From an uncultured Candidatus Saccharibacteria bacterium (GTDB lineage Bacteria > Patescibacteriota > Minisyncoccia > Phycocordibacterales > UBA12079), in the NCBI GenBank assembly GCA_964459145.1, contig CAYWKC010000002.1:1-56929 (forward strand): DNA of 56,929 nucleotides. The letters run 5' to 3'. How positions within the stretch are numbered: position 1 is the first letter of the stretch; each line of letters opens with the position of its first letter. The notes beneath the pieces were generated by a model that was given only the letters and a program-made list of their open reading frames with translations, was not told where the DNA came from and did no database searches. Shown one piece after another: positions 45,995 to 55,032 of the stretch. The translations under genes were made by a program, and so were the position numbers.

Positions 45995-47122
45995 TTAAAT
46001 TTTATCAATAGTCTCAGACCAAGATTTCTGGATAATATCCAAAACTTCCTCTTCAGTTTGGGGAATTTTTTTCAAACAGTCAGTGTAGGCTTTTTGTTGA
46101 AATTCTTCCAAGAGTTCTGGGTGTTGTTGAGCATTTATCATATTTAGAGAAAAACAATTTTGGTCACCCACATCACACAAAAAAGAATTATTGCTACTTA
46201 AAACCTCACCAACAATACCAACTTTAGTAGTCAAAATCGGGCAATGAGAGAAAATTGCCTCAACCAAAGATAAACCATAGCCTTCATAATTAGAAGTGGA
46301 AAGAAATAAATTAGCTGTTTTATAATAAGTAACCGGATTATCTGTCCATTTATTAAAAATAATATTTTCTTCTAAACCCAGTCTTCTGGCTTGCTTTCTC
46401 AAGGAGTTTTTAAAAGAACCTTTTCCAACTATAATTAACCCTGTTTTGGGAAAAATCTCTACAACTCTTACCATAGCATTAATTGCCATTGAAATATTTT
46501 TTTCCTTTTCCAAACGATTTACCATCACCATAATAAATTTAAATTGAGAATATCTTTGTTTTAAGTCAAAATCAGGTTCAGAAACTTGAATAAAAGTGGG
46601 GCTAACAAAAATCGGCAAAATTGTTACTTTTTCTTGTAATTTTTTAGACAAAGATAACTTTATTCTTTTGGAAACAACCCGAAGATGGTCAGCTTTGGGT
46701 AATAAAAATTTAGCCAACCAAGACCGAATTCGGTTAGCCCAAGAATGTTTGATAAAATAAGGACTAAAAATATCCGTATGAATTTGAAATTCCAGCTTAG
46801 CTTTTAATTTTTTGGCCACTTTCCAAGCAATCCACCCAGTTTCATAAGGGTCTTGAGCCGTGACTAAGTCAATATTTTTTAGTTGAACTCCTATTCTCTT
46901 TGCGTCTAAAATATAACGAAATTTATTAAGAGAATTAGTTGGATAAATAAAAACTCTTTCACTTATTTTTAGATTTTTTTTAATTCCGCCATCTTTAAGT
47001 TTTCTATTCAAAACAATAATATGTAAATTATCAGTCACTGTGCCATAATCAACCATCCTTCGCCGAACAGAGCTGTTCTCATCAAATATTTTCTTATCTA
47101 CGCTAATCATCAAAATATTCAT
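45995..47122 (-). CDS. Glycosyltransferase family 4
   Basis: VNRLEKEKN...STSNYEGYGLSLVEAIFSHCPILTTKVG. Confidence 0.8.
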   Translation of the reverse strand: MNILMISVDKKIFDENSSVRRRMVDYGTVTDNLHIIVLNRKLKDGGIKKNLKISERVFIYPTNSLNKFRYILDAKRIGVQLKNIDLVTAQDPYETGWIAWKVAKKLKAKLEFQIHTDIFSPYFIKHSWANRIRSWLAKFLLPKADHLRVVSKRIKLSLSKKLQEKVTILPIFVSPTFIQVSEPDFDLKQRYSQFKFIMVMVNRLEKEKNISMAINAMVRVVEIFPKTGLIIVGKGSFKNSLRKQARRLGLEENIIFNKWTDNPVTYYKTANLFLSTSNYEGYGLSLVEAIFSHCPILTTKVGIVGEVLSSNNSFLCDVGDQNCFSLNMINAQQHPELLEEFQQKAYTDCLKKIPQTEEEVLDIIQKSWSETIDKI

Positions 47123-47146
47123 ACTATTTTCATTATATCAAAAATT

Positions 47147-48334
47147 TTATTTTTTATATTTTTCCAAAGTTTCCTTTAGAGAATTTGCTACAATGAATCC
47201 CCCATCTTCTTCAAACTCTTTCTTGCTCTCCATTAATTCTGTATAAAGAATACCCTCTCTCAATAATTTTTCTAATTTATCTAAAGTATTTTGAATAGAA
47301 AATTGTTTTGATTTCTCGTAAGCGTTTTGAACAAGAGTTTGCCTAAAATTATCATTTTGAAAAATTTTTATAACAGCATTTTTAATGGCTTCTTTGTCAT
47401 TGGGTTCAACTAAAATCCCTTCTTGATTATTTTCAATTAATTCCGGTAACGAGCCCACTTTAGTAGCTAATACGGGCAAACCAAGCGCCATCGCTTCCAC
47501 TGTATCAAATGAAAAACTTTCCCAATTAGTGTTAAGAACAAAGATATCAGCTAGTTGTTTTTGTTTTAATAATTTATCTCGACTTAACTGCCCAACTAAA
47601 ATAACCTTATCCTCCAAATTAAGTTTTTCAATTGTTTGTTCTAATTCTTCTTTTTGCGGACCACTGCCAACTATTACCAACTTTGCTTCTGGAATTTCTT
47701 GTAAAATATCCGGTATTGTTTCAATTAATACTTTAAAACCTTTCCATGGCACCAACCTCCCTACCGACAACAACACCTTACTTTCGACTTTATGGACTCT
47801 TGGCTCGTTTATTTTTATCCCATTATAAATAACTTCAATTTTTTTAGATTCAATTCCCCAATTTAAGATAATACTCTTAAAATAGTGACTTGGAACAACA
47901 ACCTTTTCTGCCCGCTTAGCCACCCAAGTTTGAATTTTTTTGAAAAACTTAACAACAAAACCATAATTATTTTTTAAAGAAAAGATGTCCAAATTATCTT
48001 TAACTCTAAATCTTTGCACTCCTTGTTCCCAAGCGTAATCCCCAGCAATTCTAATAAAAAATCTCTTCTTTAAAAAAATATTAGCCAGCATGGTTGGCAA
48101 ACCAACACTCACGGGATCTTGAGCATAAATTACATCACAGCCCTTAATTCTCTTGATTATCTTAAAAAAATAAAACAAATGACGAATAATCTTGGGTAAA
48201 TGTCTAACTTCACCAAAAGACAACACCTCTACATCAATCCCCCGTTGGGGTAATTCATCAAAAAGCAGTTTTGAATAAGTGGCTGGACCACCAATATCAG
48301 GAGGATATATTCCAGTTGTAATTAAAATCTTCAT
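47147..48334 (-). CDS. Glycosyltransferase family 4
   Basis: PPDIGGPATY...VGRLVPWKGF...NTNWESFSFDTVEAMALGLPVLATKVGSLPE. Confidence 0.85.
   Translation of the reverse strand: MKILITTGIYPPDIGGPATYSKLLFDELPQRGIDVEVLSFGEVRHLPKIIRHLFYFFKIIKRIKGCDVIYAQDPVSVGLPTMLANIFLKKRFFIRIAGDYAWEQGVQRFRVKDNLDIFSLKNNYGFVVKFFKKIQTWVAKRAEKVVVPSHYFKSIILNWGIESKKIEVIYNGIKINEPRVHKVESKVLLSVGRLVPWKGFKVLIETIPDILQEIPEAKLVIVGSGPQKEELEQTIEKLNLEDKVILVGQLSRDKLLKQKQLADIFVLNTNWESFSFDTVEAMALGLPVLATKVGSLPELIENNQEGILVEPNDKEAIKNAVIKIFQNDNFRQTLVQNAYEKSKQFSIQNTLDKLEKLLREGILYTELMESKKEFEEDGGFIVANSLKETLEKYKK
47777..47803 (-). repeat. In-frame copy of the AAAGTC-type motif inside a GT4 gene
   Basis: Minus strand reads CCAAGAGTCCATAAAGTCGAAAGTAAG and encodes PRVHKVESK, just before VGRL. 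The 12-mer ACTTTATGGACT lies at 47787-47798. Confidence 0.6.
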
Positions 48335-49470
48335 ATCTTATGTGAAAAAAGTTTGTTCATAGCTTTAGCAATAACATCCCAATCGTATTTCTGGCGAACC
48401 ATTTTATAAGCATTGATAATTATTCTTTCTCTTAATAATTTATCTTCAAGAAATAATTTAACTTGCTCAGCGATAGATTCAGGGTCTTTAGTTCTACAAA
48501 AAAGACCCGTTTCTTTATCCTTCAAAAAATCTGGGATTCCACCAACTGGTGTAGCAATAACAGGAGTTTTCGTTGCCATCGCTTCCAAAAAAGAATTGCC
48601 CAAACCTTCAGAAAGAGACGGGCGAACAAAAATATCCGAAATTTTGAGATACTTGGGTAATTCTTCTTGATTAACAAAGCCCAAAAAATTAACCCGATTT
48701 TCTAACCCTCTTTCTTTTGAAATTTTTACCAATTTTTCCCTGTCTTCACCCTCTCCTAACAAAAGTAATTTAATATGAGATGGTAAATAAATTAAAGATT
48801 TAATCAAATCTTCTAAGCCATTTTTATAAGTCAACCGCCCAGTATGAATTAAAAAATTGTCCTTCTCTTGTTTTCCTAATTGATGTTTAAGTTCTTTTTG
48901 ATGCTTATCTGAAAATAATTGATTAAAATTTTTAACATCAACCCCATTAGGAATAATATCAATCGGACAAATTGCTCCCATTCTTTTTGCCCAACCAGCT
49001 AAATAGGAGCTAATACACTGGATTTTGTCAGCCCTTTTGAAAATATTTTTAAACTGTCCTTTAACAAACCTTGCCCGCTTTTGTATATGTTTGGGGCTAT
49101 CTCCTTCCTGTAAAGTCAAAATAAAAGGAATCTGTGGGTAACCCCGCTTGAATTTCGAAGCAGCTAAACCAGCATAACTTGCCATGATTGACCAAATTAA
49201 ATCATACTTATGTTGTTTCTTTAATTTTATGGCTATGCGATAACCATAAAATGCTAAGAGTAATTTATCAATCATTGGATTACCAATGCCCATCCGAAAA
49301 ACTTCAACGTTTCCAATTTTTTCTTGTTGAGGAAGTCGTTTGTCCATTTTCGCCGTCAAGAGGTGAAATTCTAAATCTGGGTTTCTCTCCGTAATTTCCT
49401 TAACAGCTACTTCTGCCCCACCGACAAAAGGGTGATAGGCCGTTGAAAATATAAGGATTTTTCTCTTCAT
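48331..49470 (-). CDS. Glycosyltransferase family 4
   Basis: HPFVGGAEVA...TGRLTYKNG...RPSLSEGLGNSFLEAMATKTPVIATPVGGIPD. Confidence 0.85.
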   Translation of the reverse strand: MKRKILIFSTAYHPFVGGAEVAVKEITERNPDLEFHLLTAKMDKRLPQQEKIGNVEVFRMGIGNPMIDKLLLAFYGYRIAIKLKKQHKYDLIWSIMASYAGLAASKFKRGYPQIPFILTLQEGDSPKHIQKRARFVKGQFKNIFKRADKIQCISSYLAGWAKRMGAICPIDIIPNGVDVKNFNQLFSDKHQKELKHQLGKQEKDNFLIHTGRLTYKNGLEDLIKSLIYLPSHIKLLLLGEGEDREKLVKISKERGLENRVNFLGFVNQEELPKYLKISDIFVRPSLSEGLGNSFLEAMATKTPVIATPVGGIPDFLKDKETGLFCRTKDPESIAEQVKLFLEDKLLRERIIINAYKMVRQKYDWDVIAKAMNKLFSHKI

Positions 49471-49512
49471 ATCACTTATTGTAGCAGAAAAGACAAAGTT
49501 TATATAGAAAAA

Positions 49513-51006
49513 TTATTGATCTAGTTTACTGGCTAAAACAATTCCTGCTACAGCCAAAAGAACAACTCCTACCAATAAAACAGTCCATTTGTTAAACAGT
49601 GGTTTTTTTGATTTCAGCTTTAAAGGTTGCTCCTGGAGATTTTGAGATGAAGAGATATCTTGAATTTCCCAATCTTCATTGGAAACAATTTTCTCTGTGT
49701 CTTCTTCTACTTTTTCAGAAGAATAATCCTCTGGTTCTGTAATTTTTTGAATGGAAGCTACTTGATTGGTAGGAAGAATAACTATTTTTTCTTGAAGAGG
49801 AATATTCTGAGTTGTTTCTTCTTTCTTTTTATAAACAAAAGCGACGCTTCCATTCGGATATAGTAAACTAATTTGATTGGTTTGATTTGAAAAAAGACCT
49901 GTTGTTTTAGATGAAAGTTTTAAATATTTTTTTGGCAAAATAATAGTATCTCTTGGAAAAGTAAAATAATTATTATCTACCTTTAATCGCCACCAAGATA
50001 AGTTTAATTCATAAGAAGAAGGGTTGTGTAATTCAATGAATTGTTTATTGGGAAGAGAAAATTCCACGTTAGAAATTGTAATATTCGAGGGAAGAACATT
50101 AATTTTTAAGCGGTCACTCCCCACATATTTACCAGAAATAACTTGTAAAACCACCATATATTCTCCTGGGTATTGATAAGCATATAAAACTTTTTGTCCT
50201 TGAGCTTTTCCTCCGTCACCAAAAGTCCACTGATACTTTTCGTTTTCAAGAGGTTCATTCTTCAATCCACAGGAAATCCCTTCAAAAAGAAAATCAGCCC
50301 CTGTAATAGGCTTATCTTGGGGCAAAATAATAGTCCCAAAAATCTGCGGTTTTATTTTATAGGGAGTTACCACTGATGAAGGAGTCGTTTGAGATTGAAT
50401 TTCGCTTTGTGGCTCTTCAGGAGAATCTTCCTCTGAATCATTCTCTTCACCACCATTCTCGGGTTGAGAACTTAAATAATTGGCTTCTCCTGGAGTAGGA
50501 GCGGAAGCCAACCAAACCCCATTAATTTTTTGAAGAGAATTACCATCACCATTGGCTCCCCAGTCTGATAAATAACTGACAGTATCAATGTCAATTAAAT
50601 CAGCATTTCTAATAACAAAGGCTTCCCCTGTGTTAGAAAGTGAAAAAGCAGAAGCAAAAACTAGACTTGAAAAATTTGGATAATCTATCTTAAATTTTTC
50701 AAAATTATCAACAATTAACGCATAAGCCCCGCTTGGTAATAAAACAGAACCTCCTTCTGGAAGTGATTCAATTTTGTGATTGGTCTTAGCTTCAAAAAAT
50801 TTCCACCCTAACAAATTAATTTCTTCTGTTGCCATATTATGAATTTCAACCCATTCTCTTCCGCCATCACTTCCTTCGGCTAAGTCATACATTATTTCCG
50901 TTATTTCAATTTGCGCAAAGATGATAAAGGGAGAGAAAAACAAAACATAAAAAATGGCTGTCAAAGACAGCCATTTTTTATGTTTCTCCTCATCATTTAT
51001 TTTCAT
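49513..51006 (-). CDS. Membrane-anchored surface protein: lamin-tail-like domain, acidic linker, PKD-like domain, second lamin-tail-like domain, C-terminal TM
   Basis: - N-terminal hydrophobic segment WLSLTAIFYVLFFSPFIIFA.
- ITEIMYD...REWVEIHN...LLGWKF, and FIELHNPSSYELNLSWWRL (LTD-like).
- YQWTFGDG...YAYQYPGEYMVVLQV (PKD-like).
- C-terminal WTVLLVGVVLLAVAGIVLA. Confidence 0.7.
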   Translation of the reverse strand: MKINDEEKHKKWLSLTAIFYVLFFSPFIIFAQIEITEIMYDLAEGSDGGREWVEIHNMATEEINLLGWKFFEAKTNHKIESLPEGGSVLLPSGAYALIVDNFEKFKIDYPNFSSLVFASAFSLSNTGEAFVIRNADLIDIDTVSYLSDWGANGDGNSLQKINGVWLASAPTPGEANYLSSQPENGGEENDSEEDSPEEPQSEIQSQTTPSSVVTPYKIKPQIFGTIILPQDKPITGADFLFEGISCGLKNEPLENEKYQWTFGDGGKAQGQKVLYAYQYPGEYMVVLQVISGKYVGSDRLKINVLPSNITISNVEFSLPNKQFIELHNPSSYELNLSWWRLKVDNNYFTFPRDTIILPKKYLKLSSKTTGLFSNQTNQISLLYPNGSVAFVYKKKEETTQNIPLQEKIVILPTNQVASIQKITEPEDYSSEKVEEDTEKIVSNEDWEIQDISSSQNLQEQPLKLKSKKPLFNKWTVLLVGVVLLAVAGIVLASKLDQ

Positions 51007-52717
51007 CTAGTTTTTTAACGTAAAGCATTTTTTCTAAAGTATCTTTAGATATTTCTTTTACATTTTTCTCCTCATTTTTTTTATTCTCGTGTTTTCTCTG
51101 AACGACAGACACTGGTTGAACTTCTAACCCAACGGTCTGTTTATTAAAAGATTTTTTTAATTCTTCTCTGCCATTATTTTGGACATTTTGAATGGCGTTA
51201 GATAAAGCTTTTCTTAATTCAATTCTTTTATCTTGATTATTTTCTAAATTGTTTTCCTTTTTTAAAGTAACATTATCAATTTTTTTATAATCTTTCCTGT
51301 TCCGTAAATCGTTTAAACTCATCCGAGGAGTTTTTTTAGAATAATTTCTTTGAAACGATTGTGGTTGTAGTCTAATTTTTTCACTTCCACTAAATTGTTT
51401 AGCGGGCTGTTTATTTTGCACAATATCTGGTGTATACCAATCAATTATATTTTTCTCTACCTCGTCTCTTAATTGAGCAAATTGTTTTTGTGAAGATTCT
51501 ATTATTTCTTGCTTAAAAGACATTGTTGGTTTAGCAATAGGAGGTAAAGTTCTCGCAGAAAAAGGGGTCGACCCAATACCATCTATCATTAATTTTAAAT
51601 AAACCTGAGCAAAATCTAAATTAACAATATCATCGGCTGTAAAGTCCGGCGAAAATTCTTTTTCAAAAATCTCCGCATCATAAGAACCTAAACGAAAAAT
51701 AATCATCGTCCCAACGTTACCAAATACAGCGGCTCTCACTTCGTCCTCCATTTGTTCTATATATTGATGAGCAATAGTAAGATTTAGTTTATATTTCCTC
51801 GCTTCCGATAAAATATTCGTAAAGGATTCATTAGCGAAGGACTGAAACTCATCCACGAAGAAATAAAAATTAGGCAATTTATTTAGTTCGTCTTGAGAGA
51901 CATCCGCTCGAGACATTGCTCCCAAATATATTTTGGTAATTAGCATACTTCCTAAAAGATTAGCAGCATCCTCCCCAATCTGACCTTTAGATAAATTAAT
52001 TATCAGAATTTTTTTCTTGTCCATTATTTCCCTAACATCAAAAGAAGATTTTTCTTGTCCAATAATATTTCTCACAATAGGATTGGAAACGAATTGCCCG
52101 ACCTTATTTTGAATAGCTGCTCCAGCTTCCTGCATATATCTTTCACCATATTTTGCAAATTCATCCATCCAAAAAGATTTAACTGAGGCATCACTAACAT
52201 TATCTACTACTTTCTTACGATAATTTTTATCAGAGAGCATTCTATTAACCCCCAACAAAGTTGCTCCTGGAAACTCCAATAAAGCTAATAAAATATTATT
52301 CAAGATGTATTCCATTCGAGCCGACCAAGCATCCACCCAGATTTTCTTAAAAGCACTCATCAAACCACTAGCCACTAAATGTCTTTTATCTTCCCCCACA
52401 TCTTCCATTACATTAAATGAGATAGGATTATTTAAATCAAAGGGCGCAAAATAGATAACATCATCAATTCTATGTTCTGGAACATAATCTAATAACAAGT
52501 CAGCTGTTTTGCCATGAGGATCCATAAAAGCTATTCCATTTCCGTTTTTGATATCTTGCACCGCCATATTTTCAAGCATAGTTGACTTCCCCATACCAGT
52601 TTTCCCAATGGTATAAACATGCCTCGTCCGATCTGAGGCCTTAATACCAAAACGCACTCGCTTATTCCTTCGATCAGTTTCAGCAAAGTATGTAATTGGA
52701 TTTTTTTCTTCCATCAT
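50993..52717 (-). CDS. VirD4/TraD/TrwB-like (type IV coupling-protein-like) P-loop ATPase without TM segments; K/E/N-rich tail
   Basis: - Walker A GKTGMGKST and Walker B FYFFVDEFQSF.
- LTIAHQY, and VGTMIIFRLG.
- No hydrophobic N-terminus.
- The last 150 aa or so are low complexity.
- 14-nt overlap with the downstream LTD gene. Confidence 0.65.
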   Translation of the reverse strand: MMEEKNPITYFAETDRRNKRVRFGIKASDRTRHVYTIGKTGMGKSTMLENMAVQDIKNGNGIAFMDPHGKTADLLLDYVPEHRIDDVIYFAPFDLNNPISFNVMEDVGEDKRHLVASGLMSAFKKIWVDAWSARMEYILNNILLALLEFPGATLLGVNRMLSDKNYRKKVVDNVSDASVKSFWMDEFAKYGERYMQEAGAAIQNKVGQFVSNPIVRNIIGQEKSSFDVREIMDKKKILIINLSKGQIGEDAANLLGSMLITKIYLGAMSRADVSQDELNKLPNFYFFVDEFQSFANESFTNILSEARKYKLNLTIAHQYIEQMEDEVRAAVFGNVGTMIIFRLGSYDAEIFEKEFSPDFTADDIVNLDFAQVYLKLMIDGIGSTPFSARTLPPIAKPTMSFKQEIIESSQKQFAQLRDEVEKNIIDWYTPDIVQNKQPAKQFSGSEKIRLQPQSFQRNYSKKTPRMSLNDLRNRKDYKKIDNVTLKKENNLENNQDKRIELRKALSNAIQNVQNNGREELKKSFNKQTVGLEVQPVSVVQRKHENKKNEEKNVKEISKDTLEKMLYVKKLDENK

Positions 52718-52736
52718 CTTTATTATAGTTTATTTT

Positions 52737-53933
52737 TTAATCTGTTAGAAGAGCCCCCGTTGTATATCTATTGCTGGCAGACCATAACATCCAACTATCT
52801 AATCCCGCATCATACACGGCCTGAATCTGGGCACGAACTTCTTTTGCATTATAATCAGCCCCTAAATCAAAATCCTGAAGCCACGGCCTTAATTTATTAG
52901 GGTCAAGACCTGCATTTTTAGCTTTAGCCACAGCTTTATCCATTGAATATTTAACTACTTCGTAAGGATGAGAAGCAGGATTGGCATAACCAATAAAACT
53001 AGTTGGATAATGTGAGGGATAAACCATCGGGGCCACAAAATCAAAATATGGCAGAGTATATTCCAAAATTTGACCAATGTTTAAATCGTCATTGTTTGTT
53101 GTTACCATTCCAAATAAATCAGCTGATAAAACTACCCCCGTATCGCCTAATTCTGCATCTACATAGATAAAAAATTCTCTTAATATCTTCGCTTTCCCTG
53201 TGTCTACATCGGCAAAAACCCTTTCTTCACTAAAAGGATAATAAATTTGAAACATATCTCCATCTGAAGGAAAACGAATATAATCAAAATTAATTTCATC
53301 AAAACCAAGATTGTATGAATATCTAGCTAAATCAATAACATAATTCCAAACCTCAATTGAACCAGCATCCAACCAGCTAATCCCTTTGCGATCTTTCCAA
53401 ATATCTCCTCCTTCCTTTTTCTTAACCGCCAAATCTGGACGCTGTTGAACAAAATGGGGGTCTTGAAAAACAGAAATTCTACCAATCACATAAATATTTT
53501 TACTATGTAAGTATTCCAAAAACTCTCTCGCATCGGGGATTCTATTTTCTGAAGCCCCATATTTTGACAAATTTTCATCTTGAACCTCAAAGGCAATTTT
53601 CCCTGTGTAATCTTTGATGTCTATCACAACCGAGTTGAGTTCTGTGTTGTCAATAAGATTTACTAAATTATTTCTAATATTTTTTGTTCCCGCTACCCAG
53701 CTAGTCATATAAATAGCTTTGACTTGTGGGGGTAATGATACATGAGTAGCTACTTCAACTTCCTCCTCCATAGCAGTGACTTTCATTACCAATGCCTCAT
53801 TCAAGAAACTAATTGTTGAAACTGAATGGTAAACAGACAAAAAGGAAAAACCAAAAAAACAGAGGAAGCACCCCCCGACTATTTTTTTCAAAATTTTTAA
53901 TTTATTATTCTCCTTTAATTGAACAATCGCCAT
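52737..53933 (-). CDS. Putative glycoside hydrolase (DUF4015/GHL-type TIM barrel), signal-anchored
   Basis: N-terminal anchor GGCFLCFFGFSFLSV. AIYMTSW, VVIDIKD, GFDEINFDYIRFPSDG and PMVYPSHY are typical of this family. Confidence 0.55.
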   Translation of the reverse strand: MAIVQLKENNKLKILKKIVGGCFLCFFGFSFLSVYHSVSTISFLNEALVMKVTAMEEEVEVATHVSLPPQVKAIYMTSWVAGTKNIRNNLVNLIDNTELNSVVIDIKDYTGKIAFEVQDENLSKYGASENRIPDAREFLEYLHSKNIYVIGRISVFQDPHFVQQRPDLAVKKKEGGDIWKDRKGISWLDAGSIEVWNYVIDLARYSYNLGFDEINFDYIRFPSDGDMFQIYYPFSEERVFADVDTGKAKILREFFIYVDAELGDTGVVLSADLFGMVTTNNDDLNIGQILEYTLPYFDFVAPMVYPSHYPTSFIGYANPASHPYEVVKYSMDKAVAKAKNAGLDPNKLRPWLQDFDLGADYNAKEVRAQIQAVYDAGLDSWMLWSASNRYTTGALLTD

Positions 53934-54126
53934 TTTCTATATAGATATTATCTTTTAAATCTTTGTCTTGCTTGCTTGTCAATAAACTCATTTTTCGAGA
54001 AAAATAAAGCGACTGGATAAGGATTATTAAACCCAATAAACTATAAATCAAATTTTCCCAAGAACTAGGAAACCCCAAAAAAGGCATTATTATTAATAAA
54101 AAACCGAGAAATGCTATTTTTTTCAT
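53905..54126 (-). CDS. Small membrane protein (2 TM), hypothetical
   Basis: KIAFLGFLLIIMPFLGFP and LIYSLLGLIILIQSLYF. Fills the rsmI-GHL gap on the same strand. Confidence 0.45.
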   Translation of the reverse strand: MKKIAFLGFLLIIMPFLGFPSSWENLIYSLLGLIILIQSLYFSRKMSLLTSKQDKDLKDNIYIENGDCSIKGE

Positions 54127-54141
54127 TAGAGATATTATACT

Positions 54142-54837
54142 TTATTTTTTCTGAATAACAAAAACAAATTCTCCTTTTATTTTTTCAGGATTTTTATCAA
54201 AAAAATATAAAATTTCTGAAATAGTTCCTGAAATAATTTCTTCATAAATTTTAGTTAGCTCTCTAGCAATGGTTATTTTTCTTTTCTCTTGACTATTTTC
54301 TTCTAATTGGTTTTTTAGTGCTTCTAACGTTTTTAAAACTCGGTGAGGTGATTCATAAAAAACTACCGTTCTCTCAGAATTAACAATTTCTTTCAACAAA
54401 GTTTGCTTTCCCTTTTTGTGTGGGAGAAAACCTAGAAACAAAAACTGATCAGCTGAGAAACCACTAATTGATAAAGCCGTAACAAGAGCACTTGCCCCTG
54501 GGATAGAAATAATTTTGACAGATTTATCAAATTTTTTTCTTACCTCTGCTACCAATTGAAAACCTGGATCGGAAATAGTTGGAGTGCCTGCATCTGAAAC
54601 TAAAGCTAAATCTTTGTCTTGCCCTAATAAATCTAAAACTTTATCCACTTTATATTTTCCACTAAAAGAATGATAAGAAATTGTGGGAGTTTCAATCTTA
54701 TGCTTATCTAAAAGTTTTCTAGTAACCCTAGTATCCTCACACAATACAAAATCTACTTCTTTAAGAATTCTTAAAGCCCTGAGTGTGACATCCTCCAAAT
54801 TACCTATCGGAGTGGCGACTATATATAAATTAGACAT
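54142..54837 (-). CDS. rsmI: 16S rRNA (cytidine1402-2'-O)-methyltransferase
   Basis: LYIVATPIGNLEDVTLRAL..L..VDFVLCEDTR, SDAGTPTISDPG, IPGASA. Confidence 0.9.
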   Translation of the reverse strand: MSNLYIVATPIGNLEDVTLRALRILKEVDFVLCEDTRVTRKLLDKHKIETPTISYHSFSGKYKVDKVLDLLGQDKDLALVSDAGTPTISDPGFQLVAEVRKKFDKSVKIISIPGASALVTALSISGFSADQFLFLGFLPHKKGKQTLLKEIVNSERTVVFYESPHRVLKTLEALKNQLEENSQEKRKITIARELTKIYEEIISGTISEILYFFDKNPEKIKGEFVFVIQKK

Positions 54838-54880
54838 AATATTAAATTACTTCACAACAATCTTTGGTTCACACTGTTAG

Positions 54881-54952
54881 AGCCGAAGGTGAGAATTGAA
54901 CTCACGACCTACGCGTTACGAGTGCGTTGCTCTACCACTGAGCTACCCCGGC
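54881..54952 (-). tRNA. tRNA-Thr (anticodon CGT)
   Basis: Folded by hand: GCCGGGG / TA / GCTC-AGTGGTA-GAGC / A / ACGCA-CT[CGT]AA-CGCGT / T-arm GTGAG-TTCAATT-CTCAC / CTTCGGC-T. Two G.U pairs in the acceptor stem and one A.C mismatch in the anticodon stem. No encoded CCA. Confidence 0.8.
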
Positions 54953-54959
54953 CTACCTG

Positions 54960-55032
54960 AGCCCGAGGGCGGGTTTGAACCGCCGACTTACGCCTTACCA
55001 TGGCGTTACTCTACCAACTGAGTTACTCGGGC
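54960..55032 (-). tRNA. tRNA-Thr (anticodon GGT)
   Basis: GCCCGAG / TA / ACTC-AGTTGGTA-GAGT / A / ACGCC-AT[GGT]AA-GGCGT / AAGTC / GGCGG-TTCAAAC-CCGCC / CTCGGGC-T. Perfect cloverleaf. No CCA. Confidence 0.9.

Noticed and set aside
50993-52717. Calling the region a conjugative element or type IV secretion system
   Set aside because: Only a coupling-protein-like ATPase is present. There is no relaxase, VirB4/VirB6/VirB8-10, pilin, integrase or oriT-like repeat in the window.
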